Source: Mobula hypostoma
Lineage: Eukaryota
Reading direction: 5' to 3'
DNA: 60,000 nt
Assembly (NCBI RefSeq): GCF_963921235.1
Contig: NC_086109.1
Span: 25,794,001 to 25,854,000 of the forward strand
Shown: positions 13,661-26,058 of the stretch, piece after piece
Position numbering within the stretch: position 1 is the stretch's first letter
How the letters are laid out: each line of letters opens with the position of its first letter
Position numbers and translations under genes: made by a program
The notes under the pieces: model-generated
Database searches by the model: none
Told to the model about the DNA's origin: nothing
What the model saw: only the letters and a program-made list of their open reading frames with translations

Positions 13661-15789
13661 AGTTAGTGATTAATTATTGTAGTGCCACTGAAGGATTGCA
13701 CACACAACAATCACAGCCCATTAGCATTGGATGGAGGTATACATGGTATATGGATCACCTATTAAGCAGACACTAATCTATGATGGAATATTCTCAATTT
13801 GCCACAAGGACTGCAGTTGAAACTACAGTAAAATAAAGAAAAATTAATATACTAAATAGGGCGAATGTAAATGGATGCTTGATAGTTGCATAGACAAAAG
13901 GTCTGTTTCTATGACAATATTCTGAAAGCTTACACCATACAATATTCACCAGTCTGACTCAGACTGCCATTTTCTCCATCATTTGTACATCTTGGCTATA
14001 GTGTATGACTTCCATTCCAACGCTGAATTAGGCACAAAAGAATGGTAATACATCACTTCCTATTTTTCCCTCAAGACATACACATACACACAACATTCTT
14101 TGTTTGTAGCTGGGCCAAAATCCCAGAGTCCTGGTCTGACAGCCAGATGCAAGGAATACTCTCAGCAGATCAAGGTAACGACACTCCAATGGCTTCTCAT
14201 CAGAAAGTTCCAAAGATACAGGTTTACCTACATCTAATATGTTAAAATAAAGGCACCACTTAGTTATTCTGAGGTGGGCAGAATTGGTGTATTTCTTGCA
14301 GGTGTAATGCTGAACAGAACCAAGCTATGTTTGGATGACTTTCTTGTAAATCTACAAAAAGACAAGTAGTCTCCCAGTATTCCAGCCATTATTCATCATC
14401 TACCCACAACCATAAAAACAGAAGGGACTTCCGGTGAGGCAAGATGGCAGCACAGCACTGAGCACTGACATATAACCCTCCTTTTTCAAGTTCTTTAGGG
14501 CTCATAGACAGTCTTAATACAAGGTTGAGTTGGAGAAAGATCCAACTAAAGACATGACTTCAAAAAAAGATCCGAATTCAACCAGGAAACAAGATACCAG
14601 CAGATGACACCAAGCTAGCGATTCATCTGAGGAAATAGCTAAGCTAATTAAACAAACAATGGCAACAGAGATGGAATCGCTGCAAGAAACGGTAGCCCAC
14701 ATGCTAAAGGAGTTGCTGGAAAAGGCTGTTGATCCCATACAGAAGCATATGGCAGAGAATGACAACATTCACCGGTTGTAAAAGAAGCAAGCGGACATCC
14801 ATGCTAAAAAATTTAGCATGGTCTTCAATAAAATAGACAACATTCAGGTTTGCTTATGCAAGAGTGAGAAAGTTACTAACTCCTGTCTCGTGGAGGTGTC
14901 TAAGATATGGAAGAAGTTAAAGGACTTGGAGGACAGATCCAGGAGAAACAATGTGCGGCTGGTCAACTTACCAACAGGAGTTGAGAGCGACAATCCAAGA
15001 GGTTACCTCCAGAAGATGCTGCTTAATTGGATTCCAGCGCTCAAGAATTCTCACAGCACCCCACTGGAGATCGATAGAGCACATGGGATCTTTTCCAACA
15101 ACACCTCAAGACCGCGGACCATGATTTTTAGGCTTCTACGGTACACCAACCGGCAGGCTATCCTGGAGGGCGCGAGGAAAGTCAAACCTACGCTCCCTAA
15201 TGGGACCCAACTGCAGTTCTTCGCCGACTACAGCCCCGGCACGATGCAGGAACGGCAGAGATACAAGGAGATCCGCACTAAGCTTCAACAGAAGGGGATC
15301 GACTCGTTCCTCATATACCCAGCGATTTTGAGAGTGACTATCAAGGGCATGAAGATGTCATTTAACTCAGCAGAGGAAGCGAAAGAAGCTCTGAAATCAT
15401 CGGTGCTGGGAGATATGGAAGAAGACCGTGGGCAAAGTCCACATGCCCCTCAAGATGGAACTGCATTAAGAGCTCGGACCAGCCTGTATGCACAATCTAA
15501 CAGGCACAGGCAAGTTAGCATCCTAGGTGTGAAGTTTTCTGTTTATTCTTTTATTGGAAAGTCATTTGTTGCACTTTCATATTTAGTTAATTAAGGGGCC
15601 AATTTGTTGCTGACTATTGCAGGTCAGAGTTTTAAGGTGATATTCGGGGGGCGTCATGTGATGACGTGGGATTGAGACGTGTAAATTCAGCTCTTCCGCA
15701 ACAAATCAGTAAAGTACCGTTTAAATAAAACAAAGTTGGTAAATATTTTTTGAAAACTATTTATAAACTTTGTAAGACTACTTTACGAT

Positions 15790-16911
15790 ATGCCTCCTAA
15801 ACCGCAACAAAAGAAGTCTGCTGTTGCGAAGCAGCCGCGAGACGGGAAGAAAAAAGGGCCTACTACAACGATGGAGCCTCGGACTCAGGTTGGATCTCCT
15901 TCGGTAGAACAGGGAGCAATGGCGGTGGCAAAGGTTGTTCCGAAGAAGACAACGGAATTGCGCATGCACAAAGAAGAGCGCATGCGCAAATCGACACAAC
16001 GCAAACTACAAGAACCGACACCCACTGCAATTGAAAATGACTCAGAGTCAGAACTGGATTCTGCAGAGAACACAGATGAAGAAGAGGAGGAAGAATTGGA
16101 AGCGAGTGGAAGTAAAGGAGATGATAGAGACATAAGAGAGGCTGTATTGCGATCAACGGCTGAATTAAGGAAAGTAAGAGAAGAGCTTAGAGATACGAAG
16201 AGATGCTATAATAAAGTTATGGAAAGACAGGACAAAATGGAAAAGAAGCTTCAGAAGATGGAAAGAGAAATGGGGCTTATGAATGATAGAGTGGAAAAAA
16301 CAGAAAATGATTTGCTTGTCTGGAACTCGGAAAGAAACCGACTCTTGGAGAAAGTGGACATGTTGGAAAATTTCAGTAGATGTAATAATATAAAAATTGT
16401 TGGTTTTGCAGAAGGTATGGAAGGAGATAAGCCAATAGAATTTTTTCAAAGATGGATCCCGGAGGTTTTGCAAATGGGAGAGGAGGCTCGATCAATTGAA
16501 ATTGAGCGGGCACATAGAGCTTTAAGACCAAAACCAAAAGATGACCAATATCCACGATCGATTTTAATAAAATTCTTAAAATTTCAAGACAAGGAAAGGA
16601 TTCTACAGGTGGCTGTTCGAGCTGCCAAAGATAGAAAAGGGCCATTGATAATTAAAGGGAAAAGAGTTTTTTTCTACCCTGATATAAGTTACGAACTTTT
16701 GAAGAAAAGGAAGAAGTTTAATCCAGTGAAAAAAACCCTATGGGAGCATGGTTATCAATTTATACTGCGTTATCCTGCAACTTTGAAGATTTTTTTGTCT
16801 GGTGGAGAAAAAAGATTTTTTGATGACTACCAGAAAGCAGAGCAGTTTGTGCAAGATTCTCTGAATATTCACCAGATACAAGAACAAACTCAGGAGAGGG
16901 AGATAGATTGA
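15790..16911 (+). CDS. L1-B ORF1p (coiled coil + RRM + CTD), intact, 373 aa
   Basis: LENFSRCNNIKIVG, EIERAHR, PRSILIKFL, FYPDIS and YPATLK motifs; N-terminal basic and acidic extension. Confidence 0.92.
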   Translation: MPPKPQQKKSAVAKQPRDGKKKGPTTTMEPRTQVGSPSVEQGAMAVAKVVPKKTTELRMHKEERMRKSTQRKLQEPTPTAIENDSESELDSAENTDEEEEEELEASGSKGDDRDIREAVLRSTAELRKVREELRDTKRCYNKVMERQDKMEKKLQKMEREMGLMNDRVEKTENDLLVWNSERNRLLEKVDMLENFSRCNNIKIVGFAEGMEGDKPIEFFQRWIPEVLQMGEEARSIEIERAHRALRPKPKDDQYPRSILIKFLKFQDKERILQVAVRAAKDRKGPLIIKGKRVFFYPDISYELLKKRKKFNPVKKTLWEHGYQFILRYPATLKIFLSGGEKRFFDDYQKAEQFVQDSLNIHQIQEQTQEREID

Positions 16912-17379
16912 AGATGAAGATTGGGTCTAAGAATGGATTTGTTGGATTTTTGAAGCTGGATGAATGTATAAATATAGTATTAATTATATGAGGGGGGTAA
17001 GAAAGGTTAATACTGGAGGAAATTAGCTGGGAATAATAATACTAATTTTGTGTTTATATATATATATATAACTTTTTTTTTGTTGCGGGGGAGCTGGAAG
17101 AAGCACTGATCGATTGCTACGTTAATCATGCGTGCAAGCGTGGCTTTTGCCGCGACCCGTAAAATGGAGGGGGGTAGTGTTGTGTATCTTTTCATTCACA
17201 ACATTAGTGGGGGGGTATTTTGTTTTTTCTTTTTTTTTCTATTTTTTTTTCTCTTTTTGCCTGGAAGGTTGGGGGGGGAACACATAGCATCATGGTGAAG
17301 TTTAAAGTGATTCCCCAAGGAACTATGAGAGTTGAGAAGATAAGTAATGTTTTAGATTGGAATAACTTTGTTAAGAATA

Positions 17380-20300
17380 ATGACTAATTTATTGAATTTT
17401 TTGAGTTTTAATGTTAATGGGCTTAATGGACCAGTGAAAAGAAAAAGAATCTTAACATATATTAAAAAAATGAAGATAGATTTAGCTTTTTTACAGGAAA
17501 CGCACCTAACAGAAACAGAACATCAGAAACTAAAGAGTGATTGGGTGGGTAATGTTGTTGCGGCCTCATTTAATTCAAAAGCGAGGGGAGTAGCAATTTT
17601 GATCAATAAAACGTTACCAATTAGGATACAAAATGTAATAACTGATTCTGCGGGGAGATATGTGATTATACATTGTCAACTTTTTTCCGAACTATGGACT
17701 TTTATGAATATTTATGCACCAAATGAAAATGATGCAAAATTCATACAAGAAACTTTTTTGAATTTGGCGGATGCACATGAAAAAATATTAATTGGAGGTG
17801 ACTTCAATTTTTGCTTAGACCCAGTCTTAGATAGATCAACCAAGGCTGTTGTAAAATCAAAGGTAGTAAATCTAACTTTATCATTGATGAAAGATTTAAA
17901 TTTGATTGATATATGGAGAAGAATCAATCCTAAAGAAAGAGACTATTCGTTCTATTCCCACAGACATAAAACTTATTCAAGGATAGATTTTTTTCTATTG
18001 TCAATGCATATTCAACACAGAGTGAAAAATATGGAATATAAAGCAAGAATATTATCAGATCATTCTCCTTTATTAATGACAATAATAATGGCGGATAAGG
18101 AAGAAGTGGCTTACAGATGGAGATTTAATTCAATATTATTAAAACGTCAAGATTTTTGTGATTTTATGAAAAAGCAGATTCAATTTTTTTTGGATACAAA
18201 TTTTCATTCAGTGGAGGATAAATTTATATTATGGGATGCGATGAAAGCATATCTTAGGGGACAGATAATAAGTTATACGTCTAAAATTAAGAAAGAATAT
18301 ATGGCAGAACTAGATCTATTGGAAAAAGAGATTACAAGAATAGAAAAAGAATCACAAAGATATATGTCAGAAGAAAAACGAAGACAACTTGTCAATAAGA
18401 AGTTACAATATAATACACTTCAGACATATAGAACGGAAAAAGCAGTTATAAGATCTAAACAAAGGTATTATGAGTTAGGTGAGAGAGCACATAAAATTCT
18501 TGCCTGGCAGTTGAAAACAGAACAAGCTTCCAAAACAATAAATGCAATTAGAACAAGGGCAGATAAAATATCTTATAAACCTCTTGAAATAAATGAAACC
18601 TTTAAAAATTTTTATTCTGAATTATATCAATCAGAATCCCAAAACGATGTTAATGAGATAGAAAGGTTTTTATCACAAGTTTCTCTTCCAAAATTGAATT
18701 TGGAAGAACAGAGGGGATTAGATATGCCTTTTACATTAAAAGAAGTTGAAGAAGCTTTAGGATCACTTCAAAGTAATAAATCTCCAGGAGAAGATGGTTT
18801 TCCACCCGAATTTTATAAAAAATTTAAAATTTATTATTTCCTCTTTTTATGGAATTAATACGTCAAGCAGAAAAAATACATAAACTTCCAGATTCTTTTT
18901 CAACAGCGATTGTAATAGTATTGCCACAAAAGGAGAGAGATCCTATGAAACCAACATCATACAGGCCTATTTCTTTATTGAATACGGATTATAAAATAAT
19001 AGCAAAAATTTTATCGAATAGACTATCTAAATATTTACCAAAATTAATACATATGGATCAAACAGGATTTATTAAAAATAGACAACTGGCAGATAATGTA
19101 ACTCGGCTACTCAGTATAATTCATTTGGCACAAAAAAGGGATGAGAAGAGTATAGTAGTAGCTTTGGATGCAGAAAAAGCATTTGATAGATTAGAATGGG
19201 ATTTTTTATTTAAAGTATTAGAAAAATATGGGTTAGGAACATCTTTTATAAATTGGATTAAAACTTTAAATTCTAACCCTAAAGCTAAAGTAGTGACAAA
19301 CTCTCAAATTTCAACACCATTTCAGCTAAAAAGGTCAACTAGACAAGGTTGTCCACTATCACCTGCTCTATTTGTATTGGCGATAGAGCCATTAGCAGAA
19401 CTAATTAGATTGGATCCAGATATTATGGGTTTTAGAGTTAACCAAGAGGAATATAAAATTAATCTTTTTGCCGATGATGTTTTGATCTATTTAACAAACC
19501 CACAGCATTCGTTACATAAATTATCTTCTAGATTGGATGAATACGGGAAGGTATCAGGTTACAAAATAAACTGGGATAAAAGTGAAATTTTGTCTCTTAC
19601 TAAAGGAGACTATAGTCAATGTCGATTAGTAACCCAATTTAGATGGCCGGTAAATGGTATAAAGTATTTAGGTATAAGACTTGATAGTGATGTAAAGAAT
19701 TTATATAAATTTAATTATTTACCACTATTGAAAAAAATTCAAGAAGATCTTGACAAATGGATGATACTACCAATAACATTAGTAGGTAGAGTCAATGTTG
19801 TAAAAATGAATATATTTCCGAATTACAGTATTTGTTTCAAACATTACCAATACAATTGCCGCAGAAATTTTTTCAAGAGTTAAATAAATCTGTGAGAAAA
19901 TTTCTTTGGAAAGGTAAAATGTCAAGAATATCATTGGAAAAACTGACATGTAAATTTAGGTTAGGAGGGTTACAACTTCCAAACTTTAAAAATTACTATA
20001 AAGCAAATCAACTTAGATTTATTGCATTTTTTTTCGATGATCAAAAACCAGCATGGATTAAAATAGAACTAGACAAGATAGGAGAAAATAAACCTGAAGA
20101 TTTTATATATAAATGGGAATCTAAATGGATACGGGAAAAGAAAGAATCTCCTATATTAACACACTTGATTGATCTATGGAATAAATGTTGATAAGGAAAC
20201 ACAGAAATCTCTATTAGCAAGGAGACCTTTGTTTCAAAACAGACTTATTCCTTTTACAATGGACAATCAACTTTTATATAATTGGTACCAAAAAGGGATT

Positions 20301-21149
20301 AAATTTATAGGAGATTGTTTTGAGCGAGGTATATTGATGTCATTTGAACAATTAAAGGATAAATATAAAATATCTAATAATACTTTCTTTTGCTACTTTC
20401 AGTTAAGGGCTTACTTAATAGGTAAGCTGGGTCAAACAATGTTTTTGCCAAAAGCTAATGAAATTGAAATTTTAATTCAAAAAGGGAAAATTAAAAAATT
20501 TATTTCTTGTATGTATAATTTGATTCAAGAACAGACAATTAAACAAGGAACCCATAAGTCAAAGCAAAAATGGGAAACAGATCTGAATATTAATATTGAT
20601 GAAATAAATTGGTCAAGACTTTGTCTGGACAGTATGACAAATACAATAAATGTTCGACTTAGATTAGTACAATATAATTTTTTACACCAATTATATATTA
20701 CACCACAAAAAATAAATAGATTAAATTCAAATCTATCTGATAAATGTTTTCGGTGTAATCAAGAAATTGGTACTTTTTTACATTCTACTTGGTCTTGTTT
20801 TAAAATTCAACCCTTTTGGATAAATTTAAGAGTCTTATTGGAACAAATTACTGGAATTCAACTTCCACATAACCCTGTATTATTTCTATTAGGTGATATT
20901 GAAGGGATAAAACCGAAACTTAAATTGAATAAATATCAGAAAGAATTTATAAAAATTGCATTGGCAGTAGCTAAGAAGACTATAGCAGTTACTTGGAAAT
21001 CTGATTCGTATTTAAGTATGGATTGTTGGAATAATGAAATGGCTAGTTCTATTCCACTTGAAAAAATTACTTATAATTTAAGAGATAATTATCTAACATT
21101 CTTGAATATTTGGCGCCCTTATTTACAAAAGATAGGATGTCATATTTAA
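17380..21149 (+). pseudogene. L1-B ORF2p (APE endonuclease, RT, CCHC), three frameshifts
   Basis: SFNVNGLN, LQETHL, GGDFN, SDHSPL; DAEKAFD, RQGCPLSP, LFADD, YLGI; CFRC...HSTWSC; frame breaks at ~18825, ~19820 and ~20185. Confidence 0.93.
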
Positions 21150-23848
21150 GTGCTCCGACAAAGAATTTGGTTACTTGGGGAAAATAACGAATAATTATAC
21201 CAAATTTATTTTGAATCCCATGGAGCATGTGGAAACCTTCCAATACCCAGGCGGCTCTTCTTTTTTTTTCTCTTTCTTTCTTTTAGGTAGACTACATATA
21301 TGGGGGGGGAGGGTTAAGGGGAGGGGGGGTGGGTAGATTTTATCTTTTCATGTATTCTTTTTGAAAATTCAATAAAAATTATATTAAAAAAAAAGGTGAT
21401 ATTCAATATACCCAAATGTAATACTTCATCAAGAATGAAGCTGAAAAACAGCAGTTTGTTCTGAATAACTTTAGAACGTTACGTCTCCAGTAGACTTGTT
21501 TACGTTCCTGGGCACCAGATAAGACGTCACTGGCACCATCGCTAAGATAGCTGTTGGGGTCTTGATTGTGTGTTTTATTATGTCTGAGACAGAAATGGTT
21601 TTAATTATATAGGTTAACGGGTTTATCCAGGTTTCTTTTTTGTTTTCTCTTTGATCTGATTGTCTAAGAGAACTGTTTGCCTTTCTAACTTGTTGGTGCT
21701 AGAGGGGGGCGGTTAATGTCAGTGTTCAGTGTCTGACATTGTTAAGTGACACTCACAGATGTTACAAAGTAAAGGGTTAAATGCGAGAGGTGCTGGGAGG
21801 CGGGGTGGGAAGGGGGTAACTAAGGGCTCCACCACCAACTTACAACAACAGATCCAGGGGAAGATGAGCAACACAGATAAATTAGAAAATCTTACTATTG
21901 TATCATTTAATGTCAGAGGATTAAACTCTCCCTACAAGCGTTCAAAGGTTTTAGATTTCTTACGCAGAAAGAAAATAGATGTCACGCTGTTACAGGAAAC
22001 ACATGTTAAACCTAATGACATTCCCAGGGTTCAAAACCACTTTTATAAACCCGTTGTGGCATCAGCTGATGGTATTTGTACGAAAGGAGTTATGATATTA
22101 ATGAGACGTAATATTAATGTATCAATTGAAAGGACTGGCGCCGACAATAAAGGACGTCTAGCTTTTCGCTGCACATCTATTCAGGGTAAAAAAAGTTGCA
22201 TTCATTAGCCTATATGCCCCAACTATATTTGAGGTTAAATTTTTTCCGTCAATTGCCTCATAATTACTGAAGTTAAGTGACTACCAATTATATGTTGGTT
22301 CAGACATGAATGCTTTGGTAAACATTACCCTTGATAAATCTTCCTGAACTATATCAAGCTCTCAAGAATCTGCTTCCAAAGCACTTAACCTTTTTCTAAT
22401 GGATTTAAATTTAACTGATGTGTGGAGGGTGCATAATCCACCTGCTAAAGACTATACTTTCTCCTCCACAAGACATAAAACTTTCTCTTGGATAGATTAC
22501 ATTCTTATATCCTCCGGTCTGCTGCCATTAGTACACTCAACAGAAATTTTGTCCAGACATCTATCTGATCACAACCCAGTCATATCTACTTTTAATTATG
22601 GCAAAATTAAAAATAAGGCTACTAGCTGGAGGTTTAACTCCACCCTTCTAAAAAACGACAAATTTCTATCACAACTGAGAACAAAACTGACAGAATTTAT
22701 AAATTTAAATAAAAATAGTGTCTCAGATGTGACAGTGATTTGGGCCTCCATCAAGGGTTTCTTATGAAATAACGCCATATGGTTCAGTTCTCACCTACAT
22801 AAAAGCCGGCATCAAAAGACTTCCACCCTAGAAGAAGAATGTAAGGTTTTGGAGAAAGATCTCAAAAGGAGATACACCATAACAAAAGAAAACAAGCTCA
22901 AAACAAAACAAGCAGAATAAAATGATTTATCAAGAAGCAGGGCAGAATATATGATCCATATAACCAAACATAAGTATTACGCAGAAGGCAGCAGACCGAG
23001 CCATCTTTTAGCTCTAACGCTCAAACAACCGGAAGATAAAAGATCTATACCCGCGATTAGATGTGCTAAACGTGGAGTAGTATCTTCAACAGAGAAAATA
23101 AACGAGACATTCAAGAATTACTTTAAAGAGCTGTATACAAGTGGTTCAGTTCCTTCTGAGAATGACTTCACAGATTTTTTTAGTGGACTAGACCTCCCTA
23201 CGTTGTCATTAGAGGACACCAAAACTCTAGTCTCTCCTATTACACTGGATGAGCTACTTAAAGCAGTCAAAAATACAAATAAGGGCTGTACACCAGGTAT
23301 AGGTGGCATACCTGTGGAACTTTACCTAGCACTTTGGGATATTCTTGGACCAGTATGGTTAGAAACATTAAATTATGCTTTTGGAAATGGTGCTTTCCAT
23401 AGAGATCTAAACACAGCCCGGATCACAGTTATACCCAAGCCCGGTAAGGACCCCTTGGAGTGTGCCAATTACCATCCAATCTGTGGCTAAAACAAATTAC
23501 TCTTTAATTTTGAAAAAAATAGAAGATATTAATAGACGGAGACACCTGTCAGCATCAGTTCCAGCCCGTAAAATGAACATCTTACCCCGCATTAATTTTA
23601 TCAACTCAATGATCCCACTTGCACCTCCAGCAGGACATTGGCAAAAACTGGACTCCTTACTACAATGTTATGTTTGGAATGGTAAACGACCCAATATAAA
23701 ATGGTCAGCTCTACAATTCAAAAAGTCGGATGGGGGATTGACATGTCCAAATTTTAAAGTGTATCACTGGGCATTTGTATTAAAAATGCTTAGCTATTGG
23801 ATAGAGGAGGATAAAGTTTCATCATGGAAGAATATAGAACAAAAGCTA

Positions 23849-24254
23849 CACACATCAAAGTTGTTGGTGAATGCAGCAGGCCAGGCAGCATCTCTAGGAA
23901 GAGGTACAGTCGACGTTTCGGGCCAAGACCCTTCGTCAGGGCTAACTGAGGGAAGAGCTAGTAAGAGATTTGGAAGTGGGAGGGGGAGGGGGAGATCCAA
24001 AATGATAGGAGAAGACATGAGGGGGAGGGATGGAGCCAAGAGCTGGACAGGTGATTGGCAAAAGGGATATGAGAGGAGCATGGGACAGGAGGCCCAGGAA
24101 GAAGGAAAAGGGGGAGGGGGGAAAAACCCAGAGGATGGGCAGGGGGTAAAATAGTCAGAGGGACAGAGGGAGAAAAAGGAGAGAGAGAGAGAGAAAGAAT
24201 GTGTGTACATAAATAAATAACAGATGGGGTATGAGGGGGAGGTGCCGCATTAGC
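23849..24254 (-). mobile_element. Solo Penelope pLTR inserted in L1-A ORF2
   Basis: Highly similar to 43080-43460; degenerate TSD GAACAAAAGCTA / GAACAGGAGCTA (23837-23848, 24255-24266); the L1 reading frame resumes across it. Confidence 0.88.
23907..23944 (-). ncRNA. Minimal type I hammerhead ribozyme motif (variant copy)
   Basis: AGCC-CUGACGA-AGGGUCUUGGCCC-GAAA-CG-UC-GACU; one mismatch in stem I. Confidence 0.65.
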
Positions 24255-25853
24255 GAACAGGAGCTAATAGCACCAATAAGGTTGAAGGACTTTCTCCTTA
24301 TAGGTATGTCTACCAAAAAAATCTGATTTGTATTACGGTCCAATTTTAACCCATATACTACAAGTGTTTAGAGCAGCAGAAAAATTCCTAAAATTTAAAA
24401 GCGCTATGGTGCAAATCGTCTCCATTATGGAACAATAATCGTTTTCAGTCGGGGGGGGACCATTCACTAACAGAACTTGGGAGGATAAAGGTATTACTAC
24501 TCTTCAAGATATTAATGGGGCAAGTACTATCCTGAGCTTTCAAGAACTGATATCTCGATATAATATTGATAATCACCCTCTTTTCTTCTACTTTCGAGTA
24601 AGATCAGCTTGTAAAGCCTACGGCATTCCCTGGGGGTCAGATTTAAAGGATCATCCCATTTTAAGTTGGATACAGAGTGCTCCAGGACAGATACTGTCAT
24701 ATATCTATGATAAATTAAACTCCCAGAAATATATGCCCACATCGGGAATGAAAGCCTGGGATAGGGACATATCTGAATTGGGACAAGACTTAGCCAGGGA
24801 TGCGATTTGGGATAATGCTGCCGGTGCTTCAAAAAAACCCAAATCATCAGTATATACACTTGAAATTTTGTCATAGAGCATATTTAACACCGAGAATTAG
24901 ACATCAAATGGGACTGGTTCCTGGCCCATATTGCTCATTTTGCCCCTACGGAACCATTGGCTCTTTTATACATGTTGTATGGGGATGTCCAGGGGTTTTT
25001 GGTTTGTGGGGGAAGGTCATCAGAACTACAGAACTAACAGGGGTACAATTACCAATGGACCCCGCTGTACATCTGTACATCTTCTAAATGATGACTCCCA
25101 CCTTTCCTTTACGGAAAAAACACACAAAATCTGGCTGGCAGGCCTGACTGCAGTTAAGAAGATTGTAGCCAAGCATTGGAAACCTCCCCATGATATTTCA
25201 AATACTCACTGGCTTCAGAGCTTTTTGGACATTTCTTACCTGGAACTTTCATCAGCAACAGTAAATGATGCACGACCAAACACAATCTTAATGTGGACAA
25301 ATTTGATATCTAACTTAAAAAGATCTTTTGTTAAAATAGGAATGCTTTGTCTGTGTATGTACCGCTATTCAGTTGGTTGGTGGAGGGGAGAGGGATGGGG
25401 GGAGAGAGGGGTGGAGGGGGGATGGTGATGAAGCTTATGGGGTGGTTGGGTTAAACAGTCAAAATGTAATTGGCAATTGGTTGTATTAAATGTAATTTGT
25501 TGGTGTTGCAATAAAAAATTAATTTAAAAAACTAAGTGTTATTTGAGATATCTTGTGATATTAAGATAGACCAATATATTTACTTATAACATTAATGACT
25601 GCACTTAAAACAAATTAACTTCACGTGAAGCACCAACATATTGTGATATAACAACGCATCCTGAGGAATCAGATGTCCCTTTTTAGCTAATTTGTTTAAA
25701 ATAATTAACACTTATAACAAGTTGATTTTACATTTGATCAGATGAAACAAAAGTTATAAGCACACATTTGATCACTGTAGAGAAAACACTAAAAGTGTTA
25801 AGATTTATATTTCTAATCTTATGTGACAGAGAAATATTTAAATGGACACATAC

Positions 25854-26058
25854 CATTTCCATAAGCCCAGTCATCATTCAGTCGGTGGCGCACCTTTTGA
25901 TAAATTGCAGACATCGTCTTCATGTTGCTCTTCCGCCACTGGCGCCCCAGGTATTTGGTTTGCACTTTCAGTAGCTTCAGGACATACAACTGCATCATGG
26001 CTTGTTTGACCTTGAGTGCTCGTTTCAGTATTGGGGCTGACTTAAAAACGACAAGCAT
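25854..26058 (-). CDS. STRIP1: STRIP1 penultimate coding exon
   Basis: ttag|ATG CTT GTC...AAT G|gtatgt; MLVVFKSAPILKRALKVKQAMMQLYVLKLLKVQTKYLGRQWRKSNMKTMSAIYQKVRHRLNDDWAYGN; 205 nt. Confidence 0.96.

Larger units (their letters stand above)
15646..21392 (+). mobile_element. Full-length young L1 (L1-B), 5.75 kb
   Basis: Perfect TSD AAGGTGATATTC at 15634-15645 and 21393-21404; 5' G-run, ORF1, spacer, ORF2, AATAAA (21371) and poly(A). Confidence 0.96.
14423..25531 (+). mobile_element. Older L1-clade LINE (L1-A), interrupted by L1-B (15646-21392) and a Penelope pLTR (23849-24254)
   Basis: 5' GGGACTTCCGG...AAGATGGC; ORF1 relic ~14554-15470 (DLEDRSRRNNVRL, EIDRAH, YPAILRV); ORF2 relic from 21864 (SFNVRGLN, LQETH, SDHNPV, HRAYLTP, C-x2-C...H-x4-C); AATAAA plus A-tail at 25510-25531. 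Confidence 0.9.

Noticed and set aside
14413..14423. Possible TSD for L1-A (AAAAACAGAAG vs AAAAACTAAG at ~25527-25536)
   Set aside because: Degenerate and confounded with the poly(A) tail; not used as evidence
15646..21392. Reading RT/endonuclease ORFs as a retron, group II intron, DGR or other prokaryotic defence system
   Set aside because: The ORF1 + APE-RT-CCHC layout, poly(A) tail, TSD and spliceosomal host gene identify an ordinary vertebrate L1; there is no repeat-spacer array anywhere in the window
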